A stretch of DNA of 63,157 bases, filler included, from Sphacelaria rigidula (lineage: Eukaryota): NCBI GenBank assembly GCA_964200075.2. It is 10 parts of 10 records of this genome, joined end to end, with 100 filler letters (N's around TTAATTAATTAA, not from the genome) between each part and the next. Parts side by side here need not be neighbours in the genome. Positions count along the whole stretch, not along the records: positions 44,283 to 50,507 come from CAXNAA020021385.1; positions 50,608 to 56,832 come from CAXNAA020021386.1; positions 56,933 to 63,157 come from CAXNAA020021387.1; 7 more parts are not named here. One strand, 5' to 3'. The translations under genes were made by a program, and so were the position numbers. Under the pieces are notes generated by a model, which was not told the DNA's origin, made no database searches, and saw only the letters and a list, made by a program, of their open reading frames with translations. Below, in pieces: positions 47,858 to 59,410 of the stretch. The stretch's first letter is position 1. Each line of letters starts with the position of its first letter.

Positions 47858-48290
47858 AATCTGGAAAAGTGCCTTTTTGGAGCTTTTGCGTCGTTTTACG
47901 CCCCCAAAAGAGAGCTAGGCGGAGTTTGACACCTCTGAATGACTTACTCTACTACTTGTTGAGGTGGTTTCAGGACATCTTCCCGTTTTCGGGTGGCCAC
48001 AGTTTTCGTTTTGGCCAAACAAGGGTTTTTGTCCAAGAAAGGTAGAAAACATGAAAATCGAGAAAAAATGCCACTTTCCTCTGGACTTGACTGTTCATTA
48101 CCGCTTTTGGACAAAAAAATCTTGTTTGGCCGAACTGAAAACGGTGGCCACTCGAAAACGGAAATATGTCCTGGAACCGCCTCAACCAGTAGAGGTGGTC
48201 ATTCCAAGGTGTCAAACTCCGCCTAGCTCTCTTTTGGGGCGTAAAACGACGCCAAACCTCCAAAAAGGAACTGTTCACTTTTCCAGATAT
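47858..48290. mobile_element. Long fold-back MITE (~430 bp), with an extra inverted copy of its end at ~47767-47795
   Basis: GCGTCGTTTTACGCCCC(C)AAAAGAGAGCTAGGCGGAGTTTGACACC and its reverse complement at ~48208-48252; arms pair inward to ~48040/48100. Confidence 0.85.
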
Positions 48291-48666
48291 TTTTTCTTGT
48301 CTATTTTAGGCCGGATGTTATGGCGAACAGATCTGTGGCCCACGGATAAATCGCTTTTGGGACGTTTGAGCCACCTTTTGACCCCTGAACAGGGAAAATC
48401 GCAAACGCACGTCTCGGACACTTTGCATCACCCCAAAGAGAGGAGGAGCCTAGCCCACTTTTCAGGTTCGCTTGGCTCCAAGGTTTCGAGATTGGCCGCT
48501 GAGCACAATCTATTTCGTGCGAAAAAAAGCTGTGCCTGCCATTTTTTCGCAGCACAGTGCAGTCCTGTACTGTAGCAGCGGTGGTTGCGGTGGCCGCGGG
48601 GACCAGGGGGCCCGTGAACACAAGTGTGACGGAGTCTACACTAAAATCAAGTTTGCGCAATATGAT

Positions 48667-48834
48667 GCGTTATATAATGAGAGAGTGGTCATAATTGAAA
48701 TTAAATTACTCGAAATTAGTGTATTCTTTATATAATTTCAAAAAAGAAAGGCGTTATATAATGAGAGAGTGGTCATAATTGAAATTAAATTACTCGAAAT
48801 TAGTGTATTCTTTATATAATTTCAAAAAAGAAAG
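48667..48834. repeat. Perfect tandem duplication of an 84-bp AT-rich unit abutting a SINE fragment (~48825-48928, +)
   Basis: Identical units start at 48667 and 48751; SINE core CCTGTGTGACCCCGGCTGATGCGCCCACATATACCGAAA follows. Confidence 0.85.
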
Positions 48835-50084
48835 GAAGGTGGGGTATTAAAAACAAATAAAAAAGAAAAAGCTCCTGTGTTGACCTTCCTCCTGTGTGAC
48901 CCCGGCTGATGCGCCCACATATACCGAAATGTCACGAAGCTGTAATGCTTCATCACAGAAACCCTCACTGTAGTGCAGGAACACACTAAGCACAATAGTG
49001 CAATCACTTGTCTGGGATACAACTCGTGACGGGTTCACGCACAATAGGTTAATAACTACTTGACTCAAGGCTCTTGTTTAAGATATGCTCTTTGTCTTGC
49101 TCACTTTCTTCTTGCTCAATGCTTTTCCACGCTTATGTCTCACCAATCAGGCAACAGTCAGATGCTCTTTCCTGGGGAGCTCAGCAGTGGCTTCCATGTG
49201 CTGTCTCAGGCTCTAATGATACCCTTTTATAGGTGTACACACTATATCTGACCCTCCGATCAGACCCGTTATCCAAAAATCCAAACATCGAAAGATCGAT
49301 GCTGCTTGTCTTCATGACAATATCCAGTATTAGGTCGAACGTTCGACCCGACATGCGGCTCTTCAGATGAGCATTGACGGTCACCTGAAGTTTCAACTCG
49401 GAATTTATACGTTGCACTCGAACAAGCGACTTTCAAAATGAGGATTTACGGTGAACAGCTCTGGGGTTATATTCAAACCCTCCTCTGGATGTCCGGCTTT
49501 CTATTTTAATCTTCGCGGAGTACAAGCGAGACGTTCGGTATGAAGACCCGGCATTGAAATTGAAAATTTGGCTCAAACTCGATCTTAACGTTAAAGGTTC
49601 ACACAATGTGAATCTTCAAGTTCAAGCTCGCAAATCAAATCGAACGTCCAAGTTGAACGTAACTTTCAGCTCGAAGGTCGGACGGTCAACTTAAAGCTTC
49701 GCTCAGATCGGCTTGAGTCGAAGGTTGGACTCCTAACTTTCAACCTCAATTCATGATAGGGGCGGTTAGTGAGCCTTCGTTGATGGTCTCGAGTACAGTA
49801 CCGTGCAGTAGTCCGAGCAATGCTACGATAGCGGTTGCACGTTTTGTTTCTGCGTCTCGTTTTTGAAGGAGTCCAAATATATGGGGCTTACTGTGCAACC
49901 CGAATCTCCAAGGACAAGACATGGAGACGCACACAGGGGCCTTTTCGTGAATCGGCATCATTTCCCGTCTTTTTCAAGTGAAAATAATGCCGATTCTCAA
50001 AATTATCCGTGCATCACCCCGAGAAACATTTTCGCTCAAAAAGTGCAACCCTACCGTAGCATCACTCAGTCCCCATGAGGTAGT

Positions 50085-50507
50085 AACCAGCCTGGACCGG
50101 CGAGAACCCGGCGTGCTCCGTACCGGCTTTGTAAGGGCGGACTCCGAAGGGGTTGGCGTCGGTTGGCGATGGCACTGCAAAGCACGCCACTCACTGCGTA
50201 AGCTAGGCAATCAGGCTGCCGTTTGTTTTGCGCGCTTGCGTTGCTCTTTGCGGTAACCGTGATGGTGGTCGAGCTAGATCAGGTTGTGCGGCGTGGGAAA
50301 ACCTCAATTCCGCACAAAGGCGATGGTCGTATCACGTAGTGTTAACATGGTGAGACACCCATGAAGCAGCGTGTAAGACGTGGCTGTCTCTGCAAGTGGC
50401 GATACCAGACAATAAAGCAGCTCATTGTAGGCTGTCATCCAAATGAAGGATAATCAGTAGGCTTTGGGCCGAACAATCTTAACAGAATGCAGCCCACCCT
50501 TCATGCG
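50085..50507 (+). repeat. Repeat family R, longest copy, at contig end
   Basis: Contains all shared blocks, in order A-C-B. Confidence 0.75.
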
Positions 50508-52644
50508 NNNNNNNNNNNNNNNNNNNNNNNNNNNNNNNNNNNNNNNNNNNNTTAATTAATTAANNNNNNNNNNNNNNNNNNNNNNNNNNNNNNNNNNNNN
50601 NNNNNNNCTTCCCTGCACTGAAGGGATGGGACTTCAACCTCATTTTATGTTTCAACCCCAAAAATTAGGATCGACTGTCATTTGCTTCTTCGGGGCAGAT
50701 TCTCTATGAATGTAGCGCTACCTGGTAAGCGCCAACACGGTCAGGGTTTCCCTTTTTTTTTGTGATGCTCACGTTTAGCTGTGCGGTTCGAAGTCGTGAC
50801 CTGCTTATAGGGTCGTTGTTACCGGATTTTATTTTGCCTCCGTTTTCATGTATAAAAATGGATGAGAGACATGGGGGGGAAAACGTCGATCCTTAGACCG
50901 CTCAGGGTAGTCCATACGGATCATGCATACTTTTCTCAGGTGAAATTGATGCCGATTCTATGAATGACCTACTCTCGCCGTCGAAGGGTCAATGGCGACC
51001 CTCACATTAATTAATTATGGTCTATGTCAGGGCCACCCTTTTTTGTCATTATTTTGTTGAAAGCCTTCACGCATGCGAGACCCATGACGTTGCAACCTGC
51101 GGTACCGCTGCCACGCGCGTCAGCCGTGGCTCACCACTAGTTTTTTATTATTCCACCAACACATACATGGTGAACCCCTTGTGAGCGAGCATCGGTCCCA
51201 AAAGGGTTAACCTACTGTTGGATAGTTGTTCTTTTTCTCGCTTTTTTGTTGATCTCGGCAACATCCAGCCTGAACTAGAGGGTCGAACAGGGTGTTCGCG
51301 CAATTCTTCCGCCGTGTTATGTCGAGACGAAAAAAAATGTGAGGGACGAGACACGCACCAAAACGTCGATTGATCGCCGCGCCAGTCTATGGCTGAAGCG
51401 AACACTCAACATGGTCCCTTTTGGCGCTAGTTTTCGGTCTACACTTCTCTCTCTCGAGATAAGACACCGCCTACGAACGCAGTGGTTGACATACAAACCA
51501 TCAGATAGGAATAATTCATATTTCATGACCCACCTTTTGCGATCGAGAAGACTTTCTCCGACACACGACCCAAGGGCAAAACAGTCGGGAAGTTCTTGTA
51601 TGGCCAGGACCGACCGAGTCAGTCACCGGCACGCAACCTTGAGCGCTTCTTCGTTGTTTCTGTTCTCCCATTCGCCATCACTGGACCGACAATGAAAAGC
51701 GTGATAGCATACTGACTCGCACCTGATGACGTGTTCCTCATTCCTTCGCGTTTTGTTTTGTCTGAATGGGGCCCTGAGGCTCCATTCAGACCCATGACTG
51801 TAGTGTTGTACAGTGTAGAGTTCGGACAGAGCAGTGCAGACAGGGCGATACAGAACCCTGCAACAGTACATTGCGGTACGGTGAAGTACAGCGATACCGT
51901 ACAGTCAGTCAGCTGTACAGTAGTATACGATACTTCCAAACAACAGGAAAAGTCGAGGTGTAGTGAGTTTCCAACATGCCACACATTACGGTGGTGCAAG
52001 ACGTCCTGGCATCTATGATAATGTAATGTAGCCAGTGGTGGCACTGCTTGTACCCTGTAGACTACAAATCGTTCACAACTCCATCTTGAGGCTGGCAAGA
52101 GTGAGGAACTGCACCCAAGGCAACGCCGTGTACCCTCATCTTGCTGGTGCGGTCACTATCGGCACACGTCTTTGCATGGACCCCGGGTGAGTTGGCTAAC
52201 TCTGGACGATATCGGGGGTGATTTGAACAGATCCAACTCGTTGCCATTGACGTCACTAGTCGCTCGTGTAACGGCAATGCCGGGCGCAGTTTATACTACC
52301 CCACCCTCGGACGAACCCGCCACGCGAGAAGGGGAATGCTAGTACATGGCATATCTAGGTGAACACAAATCCTGCCGAAGCGCCGTTAGGAAGCTGTTCC
52401 GGTCATGGCAACGTCGTGTTTGCCTTGCAAAACGTACAGCGGGTGAGCTTGGCGGCGCTGGTCGGCATGAGAAGCGAATAGCTCACGTATACCTCTTTCG
52501 TTACTGTGAGCCTCTATTTTGGTCAGTGATGAGGCCATGGAGGATGCATTGGAAAGTACGAATAATAAGACTCGCATGTATGGCCCAATCGTTGTTGCTG
52601 TCGATCGCATATGCCGAACTACGCTAATAAGACTTCCGAAGAAA

Positions 52645-53107
52645 GACGCGTGTTTGCTATTACTTTACTGGAATATTGCGCGAAGGAGCCACTTGGGGGC
52701 AACGTCGGATGATCACCTGTATGCATTGGATGGCTGATGTTGTTCTATTGTTTGATCGCATCACTTTGTATTACCAACTCCCTGCCCCATCCGCGTCGTT
52801 GCTGGTTTCTCGACATTTCGGCGGATTCAACGTATGGGTACGACAATCCTGGAAGATACGGCAACCGCGGCGACGTCATCCGGTGAGTGAGAAAGGCGTG
52901 TGTTTGCTATTACTCTGCTGAAATATTGCGCGAAGGAGCCACTTCGGGGCAATGTCGGATGATCACCTGCATGCATTGGATGGCTGATGTTGTTCTATTG
53001 TTTGATCGCATCACTTTCTATTACTAACTCCCTGCCCCATCCGCGTCGTTGCTGGTTTCTCGACATTTCGGCGGATTCAATGTATGGGTACGTCATTACT
53101 GGAAGAT
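52645..53107. repeat. Tandem duplication, ~250-bp unit, about 1.8 copies
   Basis: GTGTTTGCTATTACT...ATATTGCGCGAAGGAGCCACTT...GGATTCAA.GTATGGGTACG repeated with few substitutions. Confidence 0.9.
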
Positions 53108-53501
53108 TGGGAGGCGCTTGAGCTGCAGAAGCAGGCCCATGAGTGTGATTCTTGATGTTTTCGTGCACTGTTGTAGAGTGGCTCTTGTATCAGTGGAAAG
53201 GGGAGGGACAGGTCTGAAGTTACGCTGGGCTTATTTAATTGCATCATTGTTGCATCTTTGTGCGTGGATCAAGAATAGTCAGCGAAAGTCCGGGATTACT
53301 CTTGGGTGCGTGACACTTTTTATGATAGCCCTCCCTCCCCCCCCAAAAGATGGTTGGTTTGAGGAGGCGAAATCGACACGTGAATCGAAATGAAGAATCC
53401 AAGCCGAACGAGCAGCTGGGAATTTCAATCTTTGAGTTCGTTTTCGCCAATGTCACCCATATGAGCACTTCCATCGTTGGTATCGTGCCCTCACTGTACA
53501 G

Positions 53502-53693
53502 CGACGACGGGGGACGAATGCGTCATTTACGACGGCATCCAGGGCGGAAAATCTTGTTGTCCGGACACCTGCGACCAGTGCGACGGCGATACTGACGACG
53601 GGTCGGGAACGGATGTTTGCTCCAGCATATGGGTTTATTATCAAACAGATATGTGCACCGGCTCCAATCACGCCCCCTGTGTTCTGCCGACTG
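53502..53693 (+). CDS. Exon encoding a Cys-rich module of the brown-algal extracellular type
   Basis: 192-nt symmetric phase 1-1 exon (TACAG / GTAAGT): ECVIYDGIQGGKSCCPDTCDQCDG...DVCSSIWVYYQTDMCTGSNHAPCVLP, resembling C..GI...CC...C..CGG...APC repeats recalled from Ectocarpus proteins. Confidence 0.75.
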
Positions 53694-54422
53694 GTAAGTC
53701 TTGCTGGCATCGCTTCCAACTGCAGAGTGAAAATATGCTGAGCTGCGGCATTCCATATTCGCCACAATATTTTGCGCTGCGCTGATCTGAGCAATAAGCC
53801 ACACCTCGAACGGCTACACTTCGTAGCTCATCCTGCCTTGTGATGATAACAAACGCCTGTAGTTGCCTAAGTTTGTATTCTGGGAAAATATCAAGTAGTC
53901 AAGAATACCCGACTTGTTTTGACTCGGTTGATTTAATGTGAATTACTTATATAAACCAATAACTAATAATGAGCGATGCACTGATGTAATTGTTGACGTG
54001 AAACACACGAACGTTTTCATCGAAATCAACACAGATCAACGACTTGATATACAGCCCTAGTGCGGAGCGATCCCACACATGGGAGTGGCTGCTATACCGG
54101 AACTATTACCTGGGAATACGCTTTGAAGAAACAGCTGATCATGCGCATGTCTTCGATGTAGGGCTGTTGCCAATCAACCAAGGTAGTGGGTGACATTGTT
54201 TCACGCCCAAGCATACCTCAATGACGCTTGGAAATTACGCACACTGTAGCCGATTCTCGCCGGCTATGCCATGTACTGTACGCCCCCCCCCCCCCCTGCG
54301 CCCACTCCTCAGTGGGATATTATATGACTCTGATACTTGTGCGTTTTATTCTCTCGCTTTTGTATGCTTGATGTATTTCCTCCATCGATCGCTTTCCTAC
54401 ATTCGTCGGCTGATTCGACCAG

Positions 54423-54628
54423 CGCTCAAATACCAGTGGCCTACTCGCGCACCGACTCCCGCACCGACTCCCGCACCGACTCCCGCACCGACTCCCCCAC
54501 CGGCTCCTACCTTCGGGGTTGCCCCACCTATCTCAGTGGTTGCCCCACCTACCTCAGTGGGTGACCCACCTACCTCAGTGGGTGACCCACCTACCAGAGA
54601 CGCTGCCCCATCGCTTGGCAATCAATAG
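54423..54628 (+). CDS. Next exon: Pro/Thr-rich (APTP)n stalk, ending at TAG
   Basis: Pyrimidine-rich acceptor ..GACCAG, phase compatible with the preceding exon; PTRAPTPAPTPAPTPAPTP and (V.APPTS/VGDPPTS) repeats; GTGAGT donor 5 nt after the stop. Confidence 0.65.
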
Positions 54629-57429
54629 GCCCTGTGAGTTCGGTTATTATCCTGCTGCATCTCTGTTTTGCCTTCACGAGTTCAGGACAGGATGATGGAA
54701 TTATTGGTTGATTGATTGTCGCACTTCAACTGACCCCCCGGGGATCCGGCCGTGTTCACATGATGGACGTACGTCAGACTTGGTACGAATTACCGTGCTG
54801 GAAATGTGTTGCTTCTTCTCGCGTCATCAATGCTGCCTCACGACGCGACGACGCCCTCAAATCAGATACCATCGCCGTCACAATCACCTACCAGTTCTCG
54901 TTAGTGTCCAGTGGGTCGAAAATGTCCATCATTTACGAACCTAGGCATACACAAAACATACGAAACGTCGCCATTTTTGTCGCACGCCTGACGAAAGATC
55001 GTACAATTCGCTCAAACGAACTCTCGTCTGCTCCGTCCAGAAAAACTCGTGACCTGGAGCTACGCTCCTCTGCGAAGAGGCTTGCGGTCAACAGGAGTGT
55101 CGTCTCTGCAGAGCTTTTAAGAAGAGGGATCGCAGCGAGGAAATTTCTAGTATGGGTTGTGTGTTATAATGTGGGGAGTGAGGATCCGCAACTGAGTTCC
55201 TGTACAGGGTGGTGGCGCCAGACATGACTGGAGCCTCATGCTGCAGGGGGTATCTGAGGCAGAGCGTAGTAACGGTTGCTGGAAGGTGGAAGATAAGGTT
55301 CGCATCGAAGGCGGTCAGGCATGGAGAAGGACAGAGAAACGAGGCGAACATGTGTCTGTGGACATGCTTGCTCCAGTGTTTGTGATATATGTCTGGTCGT
55401 CTTTCGCGTCTTTGGTTTCTCGTGACTGGCGCTACGCCCCTCTGTGGGGAGGGGTTGGCAGCAGACGGTGGTATCGCCTCTGCAGAGTATATATGATATA
55501 TCTTCAGCGATGATATCAGTATCATTTTGCTGCATTTTTACACTTGATAATAGAGTATACATCTTTGAGAGCCACTTCGTTCTCTGAAGCGCGAAGAAGC
55601 CGGCTATTTACTCGATTTCAAAGTACACCTTTTCGCTGAATGTACATACCAGCCTCGTCGGTCGCATTTCGCTGAACATCAGGGTACGTTCCGGTTCTGC
55701 TCAGGTTTAGAGTGCACACGCTTTCCGCGTTGTGTTCTGCAAGGCGTCTCGACGTTGTGATGTATTCGGTTTGATTCCTTTCCTCGGTGGGCGTCTCTGT
55801 GGACCCTTCGATCGATGGAGATGCCACCTCTCGACCGCACACATGCCACATTGATTCGTGGAACCGCCATCACTTTTCCTTGAGAGTTGAGTCGACATCA
55901 TGCTGAGTTCAATCGGAACTCTCATGGCAAACCTCGAGCATGTTGCAGGGATCTTGCCCGCATGTCGCATCGTCTCGACTGTGCTTCCCCTAAACTGTCT
56001 GTGGGCTACTACTCTGCAGTGCGTTCGTTTTTTCTTCATCATGAGGTGCCAAAGAAAACGGCTTCTATTTGTTCAGATTTGAGTGTACAGCCAGTCGCGT
56101 TGATGGTGTTTTGCCTTAGGGCTGTCTTCTGCATGATGCATTTTCTGTCTCCATGCGTCAGGGATGTTCTTTCGACCGTCAGGGGTATCACCGCCAAGAA
56201 CATAGGATGCATCATGGTAGTTTGACGATTGGTTCAAGTCGTGACTTTCCAATAAGAAAGTTAAACTGTCGATTCCTGTTCCGCCGTTCTTTACTGATTG
56301 CGGTATCTCCATGTCGGGAGAGTTTGGTATCGCGATTTTACAGTTTCTTAGCACGCACGCGTGGATGGATCCAAAGCGGCCACTTTTCCACAGACCAGTA
56401 GAGCCCTGTGCTCCTTGATACCTGATCTGGAGCATTCGTTGATGTACTCTACCTCCCGTCTGCAGACGTCTGCCTATGGAGGTCACACTGCTGGGTGGTG
56501 TAACTTAAACATGTTATTCTGTACCCAAATTCGGGACACCTTAGGAAACTAAAAAGTTTGTTTTTTCAAGGTACGTCGTTATGGTTGAAATGACTCTCCT
56601 TACCCGAGGGAAAGTGTCCGCTTTGGGTCCGTTCAAGCGTTCGAAGATAGTGTCGAACAACACTATGAATCTTTCCTGGCATTGGCATCTGCAAATCAGC
56701 ACAGTACCATCACAAATCAACGATTTCACGTTCTTATAATCACCTCCGTTCCCCGTCCTCCGACGAAGGCCATGACCGAACAACAAATTGTGAGAATTGA
56801 GGTTTAACTTCGAGATGAGGCTCAAGCCTAAANNNNNNNNNNNNNNNNNNNNNNNNNNNNNNNNNNNNNNNNNNNNTTAATTAATTAANNNNNNNNNNNN
56901 NNNNNNNNNNNNNNNNNNNNNNNNNNNNNNNNGGCTAGACAGCACAGACAGGTTGCTTTGGGAGCGGGTTACAGGGGGGCCGAGGGCCGAGCTTGTCTCT
57001 AGGTGTGTCAGCGACTGAACTTGGAACCTTGGTGGGCAAGAAAGCCATCGAGTAACCGTCAATATAGCCGGTAGAATGTCGTCAGTAGGGCTGTGGAACG
57101 TTCCATTTTGGCTGGTTTGTTGCAGGCCGCCGAGTTTGGTACGCCCCACCCTTGTTCAGTTCTCATCAGACCCCAGCTTTAGGGTTGCAGCAACATGGAC
57201 TTGTATCTCCATAGCAGTACATCAATAATGAAACATCACCAAGAAGGTTATCGACATCTGTCTTCTTCCCTCTCCACACTTCCACGGGGAGCTTCCATCC
57301 TGACTGTCCCAGCTGCTATCCTCAGCCCTGGTTGACTGTACTACCAAGAGCACACCACAGGTCACAGAACTTACTAGTGAGAAGAAGGGATTCTCTATTT
57401 CTGCGGAGCGAAAGTCAGGTTCCTCTCAG

Positions 57430-57448
57430 TGGCGTCGACGGTAGGATT
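57430..57448 (+). other. Primer-binding site, tRNA-Ser-like
   Basis: TGGCGTCGACGGTAGGATT is complementary to a tRNA 3' end (AATCCTACCGTCGACG-CCA), one base after ...TCTCA. Confidence 0.7.
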
Positions 57449-59410
57449 TGCTGTGCTGCTGCTCTTCGGGTTCGTCGGCTGCGGAGCTTTTTCGGCTGCT
57501 CAAATGTCAGGTGCGAACCCGGGTCGTGTTAAAGGGGTAGGGGGAGGGCGGGTCACTCGGTCGCAGCGCGCTGGGGTGCCTCCTCGCGGAGGTGCTCCCG
57601 CGCGTCGCGCCGGGACGCGGGCTACACGGTCAGAGGGTGCGGAGTCGGTAATTGACTCCACAGCTCGTGGTGGGCTGCCCTCGCCTCGCGTGCCGGCCTC
57701 GGGAGCTCGTGAACTTGTTGATGTGCGCGGTGGGGATATTCAAATGCGTGAGAACTCCCCTTCACCGTCGGTGGGGGGCACGGTGGTGTTGGAGTCAGCC
57801 CCGCCTGGGTCGCTGGTGAAGGGTAAAGACGTGACGGTGAGAGAGTTCACGTCAGGCTCTCGGGGTAACGGGGTGGACATGAGTGAGGGTTCGGTTTCCG
57901 ACGAAGGGTCGGTCGCGGGCGCGCCGAGTGCCTCGGGGAGTGGTGTGGGCTCGTCTTTGTTAGCCCAAATTGAGGCTCAAATCGAGGCGACTGGTAGTGC
58001 CGCCAGTTCTGTGTGCTCTGGTGGCGACGCGGCGGAATCGCCGCCGGTTGGTCACTCGCGGGGTCCCTCGGTATCGCGCGGGTTGTGTAATGAGGAGGTC
58101 GTTGGTGACGCGCTGCCGCGGGTCTCGAGTGTATCGCACGTGGTGGGCCTGGGTGGTAGTGGTCTCATCCCTCTTTGTGTGTCGGTGGTGCCTCGCCTTG
58201 TTCCGCGCGCTCTGGTTGTAACAGACTCTTCACAGCAGGCGGCCGGTGTGGACGGGGGGGGAGCTGCCGCGGGTGCGGCGAGCTCGGCTGGTAAAGGCCC
58301 GTCGCCTCGGGGACGCCGGGTCATAGGAGACGACGCGCGGCGCACACCCTCCCCGCCGCCGCCGGCGTCGCCACAGGCGACTGAGGTGAGGGGTGATTTG
58401 GTGTACGAGGTTCGTGCGCTTTTGTCTCGGTTGTCTCGCGAAGAACGGGTTTCGGTAGAGGGTAGAGTGCTGTCGCCGCCCCCGCGCGTTTCGGGGTGCG
58501 AGGTATCCTCGCCCCCGCGGGGGGGGGTGCCTGTTTCCACGGTTGTGGGGCCCGGGAGGGGTCTTTCCTCAAGCGGGATGGGGCGAGGTCTCCCACTGCG
58601 GTACGGGACGGATTGTTGGCCCGTCTGTTGCAGGCACACGAGGAGCGGATGGCCCGCGCGGCGGAAATTGCCGTGGGTAGGGACCGTTCTCTCGCTCTGT
58701 CGCTGTCGGGTGCGGGGGGGGGGAACGGGTAGTATGTCTGCGCCGCCCCCGGTTCCGCTCTCAGAGCAGGGTGGGGTTTGGCGGCGCGCGCCCGGCTCGC
58801 ATACTTACGCGGAAGTGTCTCGGGGTAAGGGCTCCACCCTTCCCTCAGTGGTGTGTGGGGGTCGTTTTGATGTCTTGGCTGATTCGCCTTCCGATGGTTG
58901 TCGCACCGTGGACCAGGCGGCTTTTTCGGGCGCATCAACCACGATGGACGCCAGGACGCCGCGGCGCACAATGAAAGCGTGGCGGCCGCCGCCGACCAGG
59001 CCGCGGTGGCGGGTCTTGCGGCCGCTGAGCGCGCGTGGGAAGAGGCGAGGGCGGCGCGTGCCCGGTCCGCGGACGCTCGGGCGCGATCTCGCGCGGTGTT
59101 GGACAGGGAGGAAGTCGAGTTGATGGCCTGCCGGGGCCGGAGGGAGGATGCAATCGCGGGGTCGGCCTACCAGTTGGGCCCCCAGTACCTCTCAACGGGT
59201 CCGCGGTTGGCAGCCCTGCGCGCCGCTGAGGCTGCAGGCGGCCTCACGGCCTCCAGGAAGCCGAGCCCTCCCCCGGGGCCAGCTGGTGGGATGGACAGTC
59301 ACGCTTATGGTTCAGCGGAGTTGCCGGCGGTTCCGGTGGCGGCTCCCGGCGCTTCCCCGCCGGCCCCGCCCGGGTCAGCGCCTCGTGCTTAGGGCGCCCG
59401 CGCCACGGCA

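Noticed and set aside
52090..52300. WSC domain suggested by SCWCG
   Set aside because: Remaining cysteines and exon boundaries are not found
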